A stretch of DNA of 64,000 bases from Bacillota bacterium (GTDB taxonomy: Bacteria > Bacillota > Ch66 > Ch109), in NCBI GenBank assembly GCA_050952625.1, contig JBMNLH010000001.1, positions 704,001-768,000 of the forward strand, in the 5' to 3' direction. Below are positions 30,455-41,500 of the stretch, in pieces. Numbering within the stretch: position 1 is the stretch's first letter; every line of letters begins with the position of its first letter. The position numbers were made by a program, and so were the translations under genes. The notes beneath the pieces were generated by a model. The model was not told the origin of the DNA, made no database searches, and worked only from the letters and a program-made list of their open reading frames with translations.

Positions 30455-30615
30455 GAAAAGATAGTCATATTCATCAGTAGTTGTGCCTAGCGAGCCTGAG
30501 GGTAATGATCTACACCAGAACTTGCGTTTAAAAGCGGCATCGAAGGAAACAGGTTGAGCAGTCCAATGTTAAATATCTGACACCCGATATCTAAACGATC
30601 CAAGGGGGACCACTG

Positions 30616-31347
30616 ATGGAGATTCGGGCAAGAACTGAGATAGGATTAGTCAGGGAAAAAAACGAAGATAGTGTTCTAATCTGTCCCAAGAGAAGTTTAT
30701 TAGTCGTCGCCGATGGGATGGGCGGTCACCTAGCTGGGGAAGTCGCCAGTAAAATCGCGGTGCAGATCTTTGATCGCCGGGTCGGCGTTATCGATGGTCA
30801 GGTAAATCCTCTGACCTTGCTAAAGGAGATAACGGAAGAAGCTAATCGGGAAATCCTGGGGCATGCTCTTCGTCATTCAAGCTGTCAGGGGATGGGCACG
30901 ACCTTGACCGCGGCCCTGATCTACCGAGACCGGGTTTACTTAGCGCATGTTGGAGATAGTCGGGCCTACCTGATTCGGCCTGGTCTGATTCGTCGCTTAA
31001 CCCTTGATCATTCGGTAGTGGAAGAACTGCTTAGGTGGGGAGCTATTTCCGAAGCTGAGGCAACCCATCATCCATACCGGAGTGTTTTGACCCGAGCTCT
31101 GGGGACCGAGGCGAACATTAGAATTGATTTAGTGGAAGAAGTTTTTCTGACCGGTGATTACTTGTTGTTATGTACCGATGGTTTAACCAATTTAGTCTCA
31201 GATCAAGAAATATACGATATTATCGAGCGCGCGACGAGTCTAGAGACTGCTTTGGATCAACTGGTTGGATTGGCCCTGGCTAGAGGAGGCCACGATAATA
31301 TCACTGTGGCCTTAGGGCAATTGGAATATCGAGGTGAGATTAGTTGA
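30616..31347 (+). CDS. prpC: PP2C-type Ser/Thr phosphatase
   Basis: NED, VADGMGG, HVGDSR, CTDG, DN. Confidence 0.93.
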   Translation: MEIRARTEIGLVREKNEDSVLICPKRSLLVVADGMGGHLAGEVASKIAVQIFDRRVGVIDGQVNPLTLLKEITEEANREILGHALRHSSCQGMGTTLTAALIYRDRVYLAHVGDSRAYLIRPGLIRRLTLDHSVVEELLRWGAISEAEATHHPYRSVLTRALGTEANIRIDLVEEVFLTGDYLLLCTDGLTNLVSDQEIYDIIERATSLETALDQLVGLALARGGHDNITVALGQLEYRGEIS

Positions 31348-33230
31348 TTGGGAAGATCTTAGGAGGCCGGTACGAGATCAAGGAAAAACTAGGATCCGGG
31401 GGTATGGCCGTAGTTTATAAGGCCCGGTGCACCTGGTTAGACCGGATTGTTACCGTTAAGGTCCTCCGTGACGAGTTAGTTAATGATGAGGAATTTGTTC
31501 GTCGGTTTAGACAAGAGGCTCAGGCAGTGGCCCGACTTTCTCATCCGAATATTGTTAGTGTTTATGACGTTGGACAAGAGGACGGTACGTATTATATCGT
31601 CATGGAATACATCGATGGGCAAACCCTGAAAGAGATGATCAAGGAAAAGGGAAAGCTGTCGCCGGAAAAGGCCATTGACCTTACCTCGCAGATTTGTTCG
31701 GCCTTGGAACACGCTCACGAAAACAATATTATCCACCGAGATATTAAACCACATAATATCCTGATGACCTCCCGGGGCAAGGTTAAGGTAGCTGATTTTG
31801 GCATTGCCCGGGCTGCCGCCGAGACCACGGTCACGCATCCTGGAAAAATTATGGGGTCGGTCCACTACCTGTCCCCGGAACAGGCTCGGGGTGAAGTGGT
31901 GGGTATTTCCTCGGATTTGTATTCAGCTGGCGCAGTCCTATACGAAATGCTAACCGGGCGAGTTCCTTTTGAGGGTGAAAGCCCGATTTCCGTGGCTCTG
32001 AAACATTTGCAGGACCCGATTATTCCCCCGCGTGAGCTTGACCCCACCATACCTGAGCCAGTAGAACAGGTCATTTTGCGGGCTCTCAATAAAGATCCCA
32101 AAAAACGTTTCAGCTCGGCCCGGGAAATGTTGAAGGCTCTTAAAGCTGCCGGCCGCGGCGAAACAATTGATTTTCTCCTGGAGCCATATGATGAAGGTAC
32201 GGCAGAAGGCAGGCAGCCGCTTCCAGACAATAATAACCCAACCTGGCAGGATGAAACTCGTTCTTTTGAACGACCGGCCGGCCAGGTAAACAAAACGAAA
32301 AAAAAGCCGCGACCAATAACCTGGGTTTTGCTATCCTTGTTGATTTTAGGCTTATTTATCGGTCTGGTTTATGCTGGCAGTAAGTTGGTGATGGTGCCAG
32401 ATGTCACCGTACCCAACGTTCAGGGCAAACTAGCCGAGGAGGCGATTCGAGAACTGCGGATTGCCGGTCTGGAAGGCGTGGTGGTTAGCAAACCTTTTAA
32501 TAACGAAATTGAAAAAGATCGGGTGATCTCACAAAAACCGCTGCCCAATGAACTAGCGAAAAAGGGAAGACAGGTTGAACTGATAGTTAGTCAAGGGGCC
32601 CAATTAGATGTGGTACCTAATGTTAAGGGCCGCAACGCAACGGAAGCCGGGATTTTGTTAAGCAACCGGGGATTTAAGTCTGAAGTGGAAGAGGTTTATG
32701 ACTCCCTGACCGCTAAAGGCTTAGTAATCAGCCAAACGCCAGCCGCGGACTCCCAGCAGCCTATCGGCACAACGGTTCACTTGTATGTCAGTCTCGGGCC
32801 TGAACCTCAGGACATTTATATGCCTGATTTAGTTGGTAAAAAATTGGAAGAGGCGCAGGCCAAGCTAACTCAAATGGGACTAACCCTGGGTTCGGTGACG
32901 GAAGAAGCGAGTAACCAGTATTTTGTCGGGCAAGTGGTCAATCAGGACCCGGCCGTGAATAAGCCGGTACCGCCAGGCGGTGTGGTTAACTTGAAGGTCA
33001 GTAAAGGACCAGGTCCTTTTCCGTTATCGGAGGAGATCGAGCTAGATGTACCTAAGACGGGTACGAAACATGAAGTCGTGATAGTAGTTGAGGATTTGAA
33101 AGGTACCCGAGAAGAATACAGCCGGCTCCATGAGCCGGGGGATCGGGTTAAGACCATGGTTCGTTATTACGGTCAAGCTAGAATCCGGGTATTACTGGAT
33201 GGAAAACAAGTTGAAGAGAAAAATTTATAA
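31344..33230 (+). CDS. prkC: PASTA-domain Ser/Thr kinase
   Basis: GSGGMA, HRDIKPHN, DFG, TM helix, three PASTA repeats. Confidence 0.95.
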   Translation: MIGKILGGRYEIKEKLGSGGMAVVYKARCTWLDRIVTVKVLRDELVNDEEFVRRFRQEAQAVARLSHPNIVSVYDVGQEDGTYYIVMEYIDGQTLKEMIKEKGKLSPEKAIDLTSQICSALEHAHENNIIHRDIKPHNILMTSRGKVKVADFGIARAAAETTVTHPGKIMGSVHYLSPEQARGEVVGISSDLYSAGAVLYEMLTGRVPFEGESPISVALKHLQDPIIPPRELDPTIPEPVEQVILRALNKDPKKRFSSAREMLKALKAAGRGETIDFLLEPYDEGTAEGRQPLPDNNNPTWQDETRSFERPAGQVNKTKKKPRPITWVLLSLLILGLFIGLVYAGSKLVMVPDVTVPNVQGKLAEEAIRELRIAGLEGVVVSKPFNNEIEKDRVISQKPLPNELAKKGRQVELIVSQGAQLDVVPNVKGRNATEAGILLSNRGFKSEVEEVYDSLTAKGLVISQTPAADSQQPIGTTVHLYVSLGPEPQDIYMPDLVGKKLEEAQAKLTQMGLTLGSVTEEASNQYFVGQVVNQDPAVNKPVPPGGVVNLKVSKGPGPFPLSEEIELDVPKTGTKHEVVIVVEDLKGTREEYSRLHEPGDRVKTMVRYYGQARIRVLLDGKQVEEKNL

Positions 33231-33240
33231 TGAGGGGAAT

Positions 33241-34116
33241 ATGCAGGAAGGGATTATTGTCCGAGCTTACTCCAGCTTCTACTACGTTAAGGTAGACCAG
33301 GAAATTTGGGAATGCAAGCTCAGAGGTAAATTTCGACAGACCAAGGAGCGGGTATTAACCGGTGACCGGGTGCTCGTGCAAGCGATTGCGTCGGGACGTG
33401 GAGTAATTGAAAAGGTTCTCCCGCGTGATCGAGAGTTAATTCGGCCGCCAGTGGCTAACGTGCATCAGGTCGTCATTGTGATGGCCTTAACCAGTCCGGA
33501 CCCGAATCTGGGTTTGCTGGATCGACTGCTGGTCCTAACCGAAGAGGAGTCGCTGGAACCAGTAATTGTTTTTAATAAGGCAGACCTTGCCACCCCCGAG
33601 AGACGCGCGGATTTAGTTCAGCTGTACAGCCGAGCCGGCTATCCGGTCCTGTTGACTAGTGCGTTTACCGGCCAGGGCATCGCTGAACTTAAAGACTGCT
33701 TAAAGGAAAAGATATCGGTTTTAGCCGGCCCCTCCGGTGTCGGCAAATCGTCTTTGCTTAACCAGGTTCAGCCTGGCTTGACTCTGCGGACGAGCGAGGT
33801 TAGCCGAAAGATCGGCCGGGGTCGGCATACCACTCGTTTTGTGGAGTTGCTTTCGCTGGAGGATGGTGGGTTAGTGGCTGATTCTCCTGGCTTTAGCGTT
33901 CTTTCCTTGCCGCGAATGAAGCGAGAAGAATTGAGTGGCTACTTTCGGGAACTAGCCGAGTTTACTGGCCGCTGCCGCTTTAATTCTTGCCTGCACCGCA
34001 GCGAACCAAGCTGCCAGGTAAAACAGGCTCTCGAAGAAGGCTTGATTGATGAACGACGCTACGAAAGCTACCTGACCCTGCTTCAAGAAGTGATCGAAAA
34101 TGAGCAGCGGTATTAA
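33241..34116 (+). CDS. rsgA: ribosome small subunit-dependent GTPase
   Basis: NKAD, GPSGVGKS, GRHTT, DSPG, C..C.H..EP.C; start set at ATG 33241. Confidence 0.95.
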   Translation: MQEGIIVRAYSSFYYVKVDQEIWECKLRGKFRQTKERVLTGDRVLVQAIASGRGVIEKVLPRDRELIRPPVANVHQVVIVMALTSPDPNLGLLDRLLVLTEEESLEPVIVFNKADLATPERRADLVQLYSRAGYPVLLTSAFTGQGIAELKDCLKEKISVLAGPSGVGKSSLLNQVQPGLTLRTSEVSRKIGRGRHTTRFVELLSLEDGGLVADSPGFSVLSLPRMKREELSGYFRELAEFTGRCRFNSCLHRSEPSCQVKQALEEGLIDERRYESYLTLLQEVIENEQRY

Positions 34117-34272
34117 ATATTTATGATAATTTTTACACAGTGGAGGATTTTACGCTTGCTTCACCTTGCACCACTCAAAGTCACAAACGAAGCATGACAT
34201 TTTTTGTAATTTTGTAATAAAGATATATTAGGTAATTAACAAATATATTCAATCAGAAAGGTTACAATAATT

Positions 34273-34956
34273 ATGCTCAAGATTGCTCCATCGATTTTAT
34301 CTGCAGATTTTAGCCGACTTGCTGAACAGGTAAAACTAGTTGAAGAAGCTAAGGCTGACTATCTACACCTGGATGTGATGGACGGTCATTTTGTCCCCAA
34401 TATTACCTTTGGTCCTTTGGTCGTAAGTGCCTTGCGTTCGGTTTCGGGACTTTTTTTTGACACCCATCTGATGATTGAGAACCCGGAGCGGTATGCTGAA
34501 GACTTTGTTAGTGTCGGGGCAGATCTAATCACGATCCACGCGGAGGTTTGTCCGCATTTGCACCGGTCCGTGCAGCAGATTAAAGATTTGGGCGTTAAGG
34601 TAGGCGTAGCCCTCAACCCGGCAACTCCTCTGACGGGTTTAGAATACATCCTGGAGGAACTGGATCTGGTTCTCTTAATGACAGTAAACCCGGGCTTTGG
34701 TGGGCAGAACTTTATCCCAGCTGTTTTGCCGAAAATTCGCCAGCTTAGGCAGATGATTAATGAACGTGGATTAACTACCGAACTAGAGGTAGATGGCGGC
34801 GTTAACCTGGAAACAGTCCAGGCGGTCGTTGAGGCCGGAGCCGACGTGCTGGTGGCTGGGTCAGCAGTGTTTAAGGCCCCAGACATTCCGCAAGCTGTCA
34901 GGGATTTGCGGGAGAAGGGGTTATTAATGAAAGGAAAGGGAGAAATCCAACCATGA
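34273..34956 (+). CDS. rpe: ribulose-phosphate 3-epimerase
   Basis: [26 protein letters not shown]. Confidence 0.96.
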   Translation: MLKIAPSILSADFSRLAEQVKLVEEAKADYLHLDVMDGHFVPNITFGPLVVSALRSVSGLFFDTHLMIENPERYAEDFVSVGADLITIHAEVCPHLHRSVQQIKDLGVKVGVALNPATPLTGLEYILEELDLVLLMTVNPGFGGQNFIPAVLPKIRQLRQMINERGLTTELEVDGGVNLETVQAVVEAGADVLVAGSAVFKAPDIPQAVRDLREKGLLMKGKGEIQP

Positions 34957-35192
34957 TTAGTAAAGAATTGATTGAACGGATTAATTATTTAGCTCGCAAA
35001 AGTAAAACCGAGGGCCTCACCCCCGAAGAAAAAGAAGAGCAGGCCCAGGTTAGGCGGCAGTATCTGGATGCCATCAAAGCCCGGGTTACTGACACCCTGG
35101 ATCGAGTGAAGTTTGTCGATCAAAAACCAACCGAATGTTCTTGCGACTATCTGCACCCGGGACCCTGCTCACAGCATAAAATAAGGCATTAG
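34953..35192 (+). CDS. DUF896 (YnzC-like) protein with Cys/His tail
   Basis: [24 protein letters not shown]. Confidence 0.88.
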   Translation: MISKELIERINYLARKSKTEGLTPEEKEEQAQVRRQYLDAIKARVTDTLDRVKFVDQKPTECSCDYLHPGPCSQHKIRH

Positions 35193-35261
35193 AGGTTAAA
35201 CTTTTCCATTTTTCCTTCCATAGTTCCAAAGTGGAGAGTTTGAGTTGGGGGGTGATCGATA

Positions 35262-36125
35262 ATGTGGTTAAACAAACCAGTCTTATTTGCAATTATCTTT
35301 ACCCTATTAGTCGCTTGTGGTTTCATTATGTTCAACTGCGCTAAAAAAGCAGAGCGGGTAAGTGCCGATCAAACCAAATGGCTGACCAGCACCTTAATCG
35401 CCCATCGAGGAATGCATAGCGAGAGCGAAAATATCCCGGAGAATACCCTGCTGGCATTTGCCAGGGCTATTGAAAACGGTTACATTATTGAGCTTGATGT
35501 AGCCATGACCAAAGACAAGAAACTAGTAGTCTATCACGATAAGAAATTGAAGCGCTTGTTTGGCCTGGAAGCGTATATAAGTGAAATGGATTATAGTGAG
35601 TTAGCCGAATTACGATTTGCTAATTCTACAGAAAAGATACCCTTATTTGAGGAAGTCCTGGCTTTAGTGAACGGGCAAGTTCCCCTGTTGATCGAGATTA
35701 AGAATGAGGGTGCCGTGGGGGAATTAGAGAGCCAGCTTTACGATCAATTAAAGAGCTATTCTGGGCAGTACGCAATTCAATCCTTTAATCCATATTCCGT
35801 GGCTTGGTACCGAAAAAATGCCCCAGAGGTGCTTCGGGGACAGCTTTCCGGGAGTTTTGAGGTCAGTGATTATGAGGTTGAGTACGCGGGAACAACACGC
35901 CTACCCTGGTATCAGAAAATACTCCTTTCAAACTTGTTGCTGAATTTTGAAAGCAGACCCAATTTTATCGCCTATGAGATTAATAACAATGATATTGACA
36001 AACTGAATAGCTTAAGAAAACTGGATGTGCCAGTTTTGGGTTGGACCGTAAAAAGTGTGGAAGAATATGAAAGAGTGAAGTCGGTGTTTGATAACTTTAT
36101 TGTTGAGGAATTTGCGTTGGAATAG
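35262..36125 (+). CDS. glycerophosphodiester phosphodiesterase, membrane-anchored or exported
   Basis: IAHRG, PENT, ELDV, HD, IEIK; N-terminal hydrophobic segment. Confidence 0.9.
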   Translation: MWLNKPVLFAIIFTLLVACGFIMFNCAKKAERVSADQTKWLTSTLIAHRGMHSESENIPENTLLAFARAIENGYIIELDVAMTKDKKLVVYHDKKLKRLFGLEAYISEMDYSELAELRFANSTEKIPLFEEVLALVNGQVPLLIEIKNEGAVGELESQLYDQLKSYSGQYAIQSFNPYSVAWYRKNAPEVLRGQLSGSFEVSDYEVEYAGTTRLPWYQKILLSNLLLNFESRPNFIAYEINNNDIDKLNSLRKLDVPVLGWTVKSVEEYERVKSVFDNFIVEEFALE

Positions 36126-36171
36126 AAATGCTGGAATAAAAATGATAGAAGGAAATAAATCATATATCTAA

Positions 36172-36210
36172 AGTCGTCTCCTGTTAGATTTAGCAAGAGG
36201 CGGTTTTTTT
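36172..36210 (+). terminator. intrinsic terminator
   Basis: Imperfect hairpin followed by T7. Confidence 0.55.
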
Positions 36211-36327
36211 CATTCAATGCTGTTCACATTTACGTGATCGGTTAAAGAAATCTATCAAAATTCCTGATCTGTTTGCAAATTATCTAGTATTATAATGTAT
36301 ACGAGCAGAAAAAAGGTGTTGAACAGA

Positions 36328-36690
36328 ATGAATTTTATTGGTAATATCATTTGGCTGTTAATTGGTGGCATCATTGCTTTTGTTGGCTGGGTATTAGCTG
36401 GTTTGATTTTGTGTGTAACAGTTATTGGTATACCCTTCGGAGTGCAATGTTTCAAGATTGCTCAATTTGTATTATGGCCTTTTGGAAAAGAGATAGAACT
36501 TGGTCATTTTGGAGCAGGGGGATTGATTTTTAATATTATCTGGCTTATCTTTTTTGGTTGGGAGTTTGCCATAGCTCATCTGATTATAGGTGCTATCTTT
36601 TGTATAACAATTGTCGGTATACCATTTGGAATTCAGCATTTTAAATTTGCCAAACTTGGGCTCATCCCTTTTGGAGCGAAAATACGCTAG
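36328..36690 (+). CDS. YccF-domain inner membrane protein
   Basis: Two repeats of N.IW...G...IGIPFG.Q.FK.A...PFG. Confidence 0.88.
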   Translation: MNFIGNIIWLLIGGIIAFVGWVLAGLILCVTVIGIPFGVQCFKIAQFVLWPFGKEIELGHFGAGGLIFNIIWLIFFGWEFAIAHLIIGAIFCITIVGIPFGIQHFKFAKLGLIPFGAKIR

Positions 36691-36905
36691 ACACAATGCG
36701 GCTTCCACGTAGATTCATAAGTTGTTATAACATCTGGGCGAATGCTGATCAAGGCGAGTCACTAAGGCTAAATATAGAAATAAAATGCGGCGAAATACAA
36801 TATACAAACTTTCCGTGCCAGTCCCCAGGCAACGAGTGGTAGTAACCATAGCAATATTGGATGAAATCTTCGTTTTTAGAACGGTAAGGAAAGAGAGGCC
36901 CAAAC

Positions 36906-37337
36906 GTGCAAAGAGAATACAAGATCCGGAAGGTTAAAAGCTCAATAATGGGAACTCGCGCCTATGAATTCGGGGAGTGCTTTGTCATGGTCGGGCGGGA
37001 AGATATCGGGTCCGGCAATTATCAATGGCATTTAAGCATTAGCCATCCAAACCGCTACCCAACCTGGGACGAAATACGAGATGCCAGGGATCGATTTGTT
37101 CCGGATCATGTAACGATGGTGATGTTCTTGCTATCCAGAGCCGATTATGTGAACACTTACGAAAATTGTTTTCATTTATGGGAATTAGATGAAAAGCGAG
37201 CACTAACGGAAAATACAGTGGAGAAAAACTCAAATCCAGCGAGGGAAAACAAAGTAACTTGCCCAGATTGCCATCAAGCCATGATCAAAACGCAAATAGA
37301 ACCAGGGATTTATGGCTGGATCTGTGGCTGTGAATGA
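36906..37337 (+). CDS. hypothetical phage-type protein with C-terminal CxxC/CxC motif
   Basis: WHLSIS..RYPTWDEI...YVN...CFHLW pattern resembling phage hypothetical proteins. Confidence 0.55.
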   Translation: MQREYKIRKVKSSIMGTRAYEFGECFVMVGREDIGSGNYQWHLSISHPNRYPTWDEIRDARDRFVPDHVTMVMFLLSRADYVNTYENCFHLWELDEKRALTENTVEKNSNPARENKVTCPDCHQAMIKTQIEPGIYGWICGCE

Positions 37338-37345
37338 TGGCCAAA

Positions 37346-38287
37346 CTAATTAATTCTGGCAATGTATACGTTATTTATATTGACACTGCCATACTTTTTT
37401 GAATTGCTATTTAATACATTGAAATATTCAGTTTTATAATTAATGCCATTGGTCGATTCTTGACTTGACCAGTATTTAAGCCCGATGATTTTTCCATTAT
37501 CTCTAATCCAATTAATAAAGACAGCTGTATGCCCGGTATTGTTTTCTCTGGAGAAATCGATAAAATCTCCCGCTTTAGCCTCTTCCAAATTGGTTATTCG
37601 CTTGCCGATGCCATATTTCTCCACGGCAACGGCAATATTACTAACTGATTTCTTGCCTTTTGCGACATACCAGGTTAACATAAAGTCATGCAACTCTTCC
37701 CAGGTCATTCCATTAAAATTATTAATTGAAACCCCTAAATCTCGATTTCTCTGCTGCATCGCTTTGAAAAACACTTCAAAGGTTATCCCCGAGCAGTGGG
37801 ACGCTCTGTTCCCGCTGGGGTGAGCTTTGGCGATAATTCTACCCTGATAAACCAGGGTAGAAGTTACTCCATTGTAGTTATTATAATCATTATTCATTAA
37901 ATAAGGGTAATTCCCGATTTTATATGTATTTATAACATTTAAAACATATTTATTTAAGTTTTGACTTTGCGGTGAATTAGTCCTAGCTGGTTTGTCGGAA
38001 ATGTTTTTTATTGGTTTGTTAATAGATTGAGCATTAGCATTATTTATTTCATCAGGTTTTTCGTTAGGCTCTTCATTGAGACCTTCATTCGCGATCGATA
38101 GTTCATGCTCATCGGTTAAGTTTGTGTTTGTTTGAGTATCAGCTAGCGCAATATCTTGGTGATCCATAATCACTTCGGCTTCCTTTTGGGGCCCAGTTAA
38201 ATCAAGGCTTGTCCGGGCAGTCTTTATCGAGCTATAACCAGCTAGGAGTAGACTTATGACGAGAATTGGAAGTAAAAGTTTTTTCAT
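37346..38287 (-). CDS. exported protein with putative NlpC/P60-CHAP-like Cys-His domain
   Basis: Signal peptide, low-complexity linker, HCSG...AGD...GHTAV; AT-rich. Confidence 0.6.
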   Translation of the reverse strand: MKKLLLPILVISLLLAGYSSIKTARTSLDLTGPQKEAEVIMDHQDIALADTQTNTNLTDEHELSIANEGLNEEPNEKPDEINNANAQSINKPIKNISDKPARTNSPQSQNLNKYVLNVINTYKIGNYPYLMNNDYNNYNGVTSTLVYQGRIIAKAHPSGNRASHCSGITFEVFFKAMQQRNRDLGVSINNFNGMTWEELHDFMLTWYVAKGKKSVSNIAVAVEKYGIGKRITNLEEAKAGDFIDFSRENNTGHTAVFINWIRDNGKIIGLKYWSSQESTNGINYKTEYFNVLNSNSKKYGSVNINNVYIARIN

Positions 38288-38578
38288 AACAGCATACCTT
38301 TGCCTATATTTTTCTTTAATTTTGTTGGTAATCTAGATCTGCAATTTACTTTAAAGTATGAATTTGCTAATTATACCTAGTATAGCATTGATGATTTGGC
38401 AAGTGTAACGACAATTGTTGGAAGTTGTCTCCTGATGTTTCACTACAAATATTTGAGCCTAATAGTGTATAATGTACCATAACAATAATAATGATAAATC
38501 GCATTGACGATCTCTGCGGCATCACCTTCAAAGTGCGTATAATATGTGGCTTGAGCGGGGAGGGGGAACGGGAAGCAT

Positions 38579-41500
38579 ATGCTGCGTATGGGATTAGATG
38601 TGGGATCGACTACGGTCAAGTTAGTAATAATGGACGATAACGGAGCCATAATTTATCAAAACTATCAGCGGCACTATGCAGAAACCATTAAACATACCAA
38701 GGAGCTTTTGATTAATGCCTTTAAGCAGATTGGCAACCGACCACTAACGGTGATGATTACTGGTTCGGCTGGGCTCGCTATCTCCTCCTGGTTGGGCATT
38801 AAACACGTTCAAGAAGTAATTGCCTGTAATCAGGCCATTGAAAGATTCATTCCTCAGACCGATGTGGCGATTGAACTGGGAGGCGAAGATGCGAAAATTA
38901 CTTTTTTCCGGGGCGGTTTGGACCAGCGAATGAATGGGATCTGTGCCGGGGGAACCGGGGCTTTTATTGATCAAATGGCTACCTTGCTCGGGACCGATTC
39001 TCTTGGCTTAAACGAATTGGCTAAACGTTATTCTACTATCTACCCAGTGGCCGCCCGCTGCGGCGTTTTTGCCAAAACAGATATTCAGGTCCTTTTAAAT
39101 GAAGGGGCACGGAAAGAAGACGTTGCCGCTTCTGTGTTTCAAGCGGTTGTCTATCAGACAATCAGTGGTTTGGCCTGTGGTAAGTCAATCACTGGTCAAG
39201 TTGCCTTTCTCGGAGGCCCTTTGCATTTCTTGTCTGAGCTACGGCAACGGTTTAAAGATACCTTAAAGCTTAACGACCACCAGGCCTTGTTTCCGGACCG
39301 GGCACAGTTCTTTGTCGCCATCGGGGCTGCTCTAGCCTCCAGAGGCAGCAGTGCCATTAATCTGCCCGCCTTGATTAGACGGTTAGAGGAATTAGACATA
39401 TCTGACCACCATGAGCTCTCTCGGTTACAGCCTTTATTTAATAATGTAGACGAGTTGGTTAGTTTTCGTCAAAGACATGAGGCCCATCAGGTAACCAGAA
39501 GGGATTTGGCCACCTTTGCCGGGGATTGTTTTTTGGGTCTGGATGCCGGTTCAACAACGACAAAGGCGGTTTTGATTGATGAAGAAGGATCATTGCTTTA
39601 TTCTTTCTATGGTAATAATACCGGCAGTCCCTTGAGCTCAGCCTTAAATATTTTACAGGATTTGTACCGTCAGCTACCAAGTGCGGCTAAAATTGCGAAA
39701 GCAGTTGTAACTGGCTATGGTGAAGGGCTATTAAAAGCCGCCTTGCGCTTTGATGTGGGAGAAGTGGAAACCATCGCCCACTATACAGCCGCGCAGTTTT
39801 TTAATCCCGGGGTTGATTTAATCTTAGATATTGGCGGCCAGGACATGAAGTGTCTTAAGATTAAAGACGGAGTCATTGAAAATGTTATGCTCAATGAGGC
39901 CTGCTCATCCGGGTGCGGTTCCTTTATTGAAACTTTTGGCCATTCCCTAAATATACCAGTTCAAGATTTTGCCGAGTTAGCGTTAAGCGCGGACAAACCA
40001 GTTGATTTAGGAACTAGATGTACGGTCTTCATGAACTCAATGGTGAAACAAGCCCAGAAAGAAGGAGCAACGGTTGGGGATATTTCGGCCGGGATAGCTT
40101 ATTCGGTGATTAAAAATGCTTTGTTTAAGGTAATGAAGCTTAGAAAGGCCGAGGACTTAGGGGAAAAAATCGTAGTTCAGGGCGGAACCTTTAAAAATGA
40201 TGCGGTTCTCCGCAGCCTGGAGCTTATTACCGGCAAAGAAGTAGTTCGACCCAATATTGCGCCTTTAATGGGAGCTTTTGGAGCAGCCCTGATTGCCCGC
40301 AATCGTCACCAAAAAGGGCAGCAAAGTACCCTGTTATCCCCTGAACAGCTAGAGCAGTTTTCTATTCAAACCCGATTAAATCGTTGTAGCGGCTGTGGCA
40401 ACAATTGTTTACTTACCATAAACAGATTCAAGGACGGCGGCCGATTTATTTCCGGTAATCGTTGCGAAAAAAGCTTGGGCAAAGAAAGCAACCGTTCTAT
40501 CCCCAATCTGTATGATTATAAATATAAACGACTTCTGAGCTACGAAGCACTACCGGAAGAGGAAGCCCCGCGAGGGGTTATTGGCCTTCCCATGGTCCTG
40601 AATATGTATGAAAACTATCCTTTCTGGTTTACGTTTTTTACAGAGCTGGGTTTCCGGGTGCAGCTTTCTCCTCGGTCTTCCCGGGCTCTTTATGAGCTAG
40701 GTACAGATACTATTCCTTCAGATACAGCCTGTTTTCCGGCCAAGCTAGTGCACGGCCATATTGCTTCTCTGATCCAGCAAGGGGTAAAGACGATTTGGTA
40801 TCCTTCAATTATTCACGAACGTCAAGAGCAGTTAGAGGCTAACAACAACTTTAATTGTCCCATGGTTATTTCTTATCCGGAAGTAATCAAAAACAACATG
40901 GACATGATCTTGGAAAACGATGTGCACTTAATGAACCCTTTTTTACCTTACAATAATCAAAAGCAGCTAGTAAAACGGCTGCACCAGGAACTCTCTGCCT
41001 GGCAGATTTCCAAAAAGGAAGTGGCGCGCGCTGTTAACAAAGCCTGGCAGGAAGATTTGCGTTTCAAAGAGGACATCCGGCAAAAGGGAGCGGAAATTTT
41101 GGCTTACCTTGAAGAAACCGGGCAGCAGGGCATTGTCTTGGCTGGTCGACCTTACCACATAGACCCGGAGATTAATCATGGTATCCCTGAGATTATTACT
41201 TCGCTGGGCGTAGCAGTTCTGACTGAAGACGCTGTAGCCCATTTGGGGAAGGTTGAACGCCCGATTCGGGTGATTGACCAATGGATGTATCATTCTCGGC
41301 TTTATGCTGCTGCGAGTTTCGTGAGCCACCAGGCTAATTTGGAACTAGTCCAACTTAATTCCTTTGGCTGCGGACTCGACGCGATTACAACCGATCAGGT
41401 TCAAGAGATTTTAAGTGCGCACGGGAAGATTTATACCGCTCTGAAAATTGATGAAGGAGCGAATCTCGGGGCCGCCAAAATTAGACTGCGTTCCCTCCTG

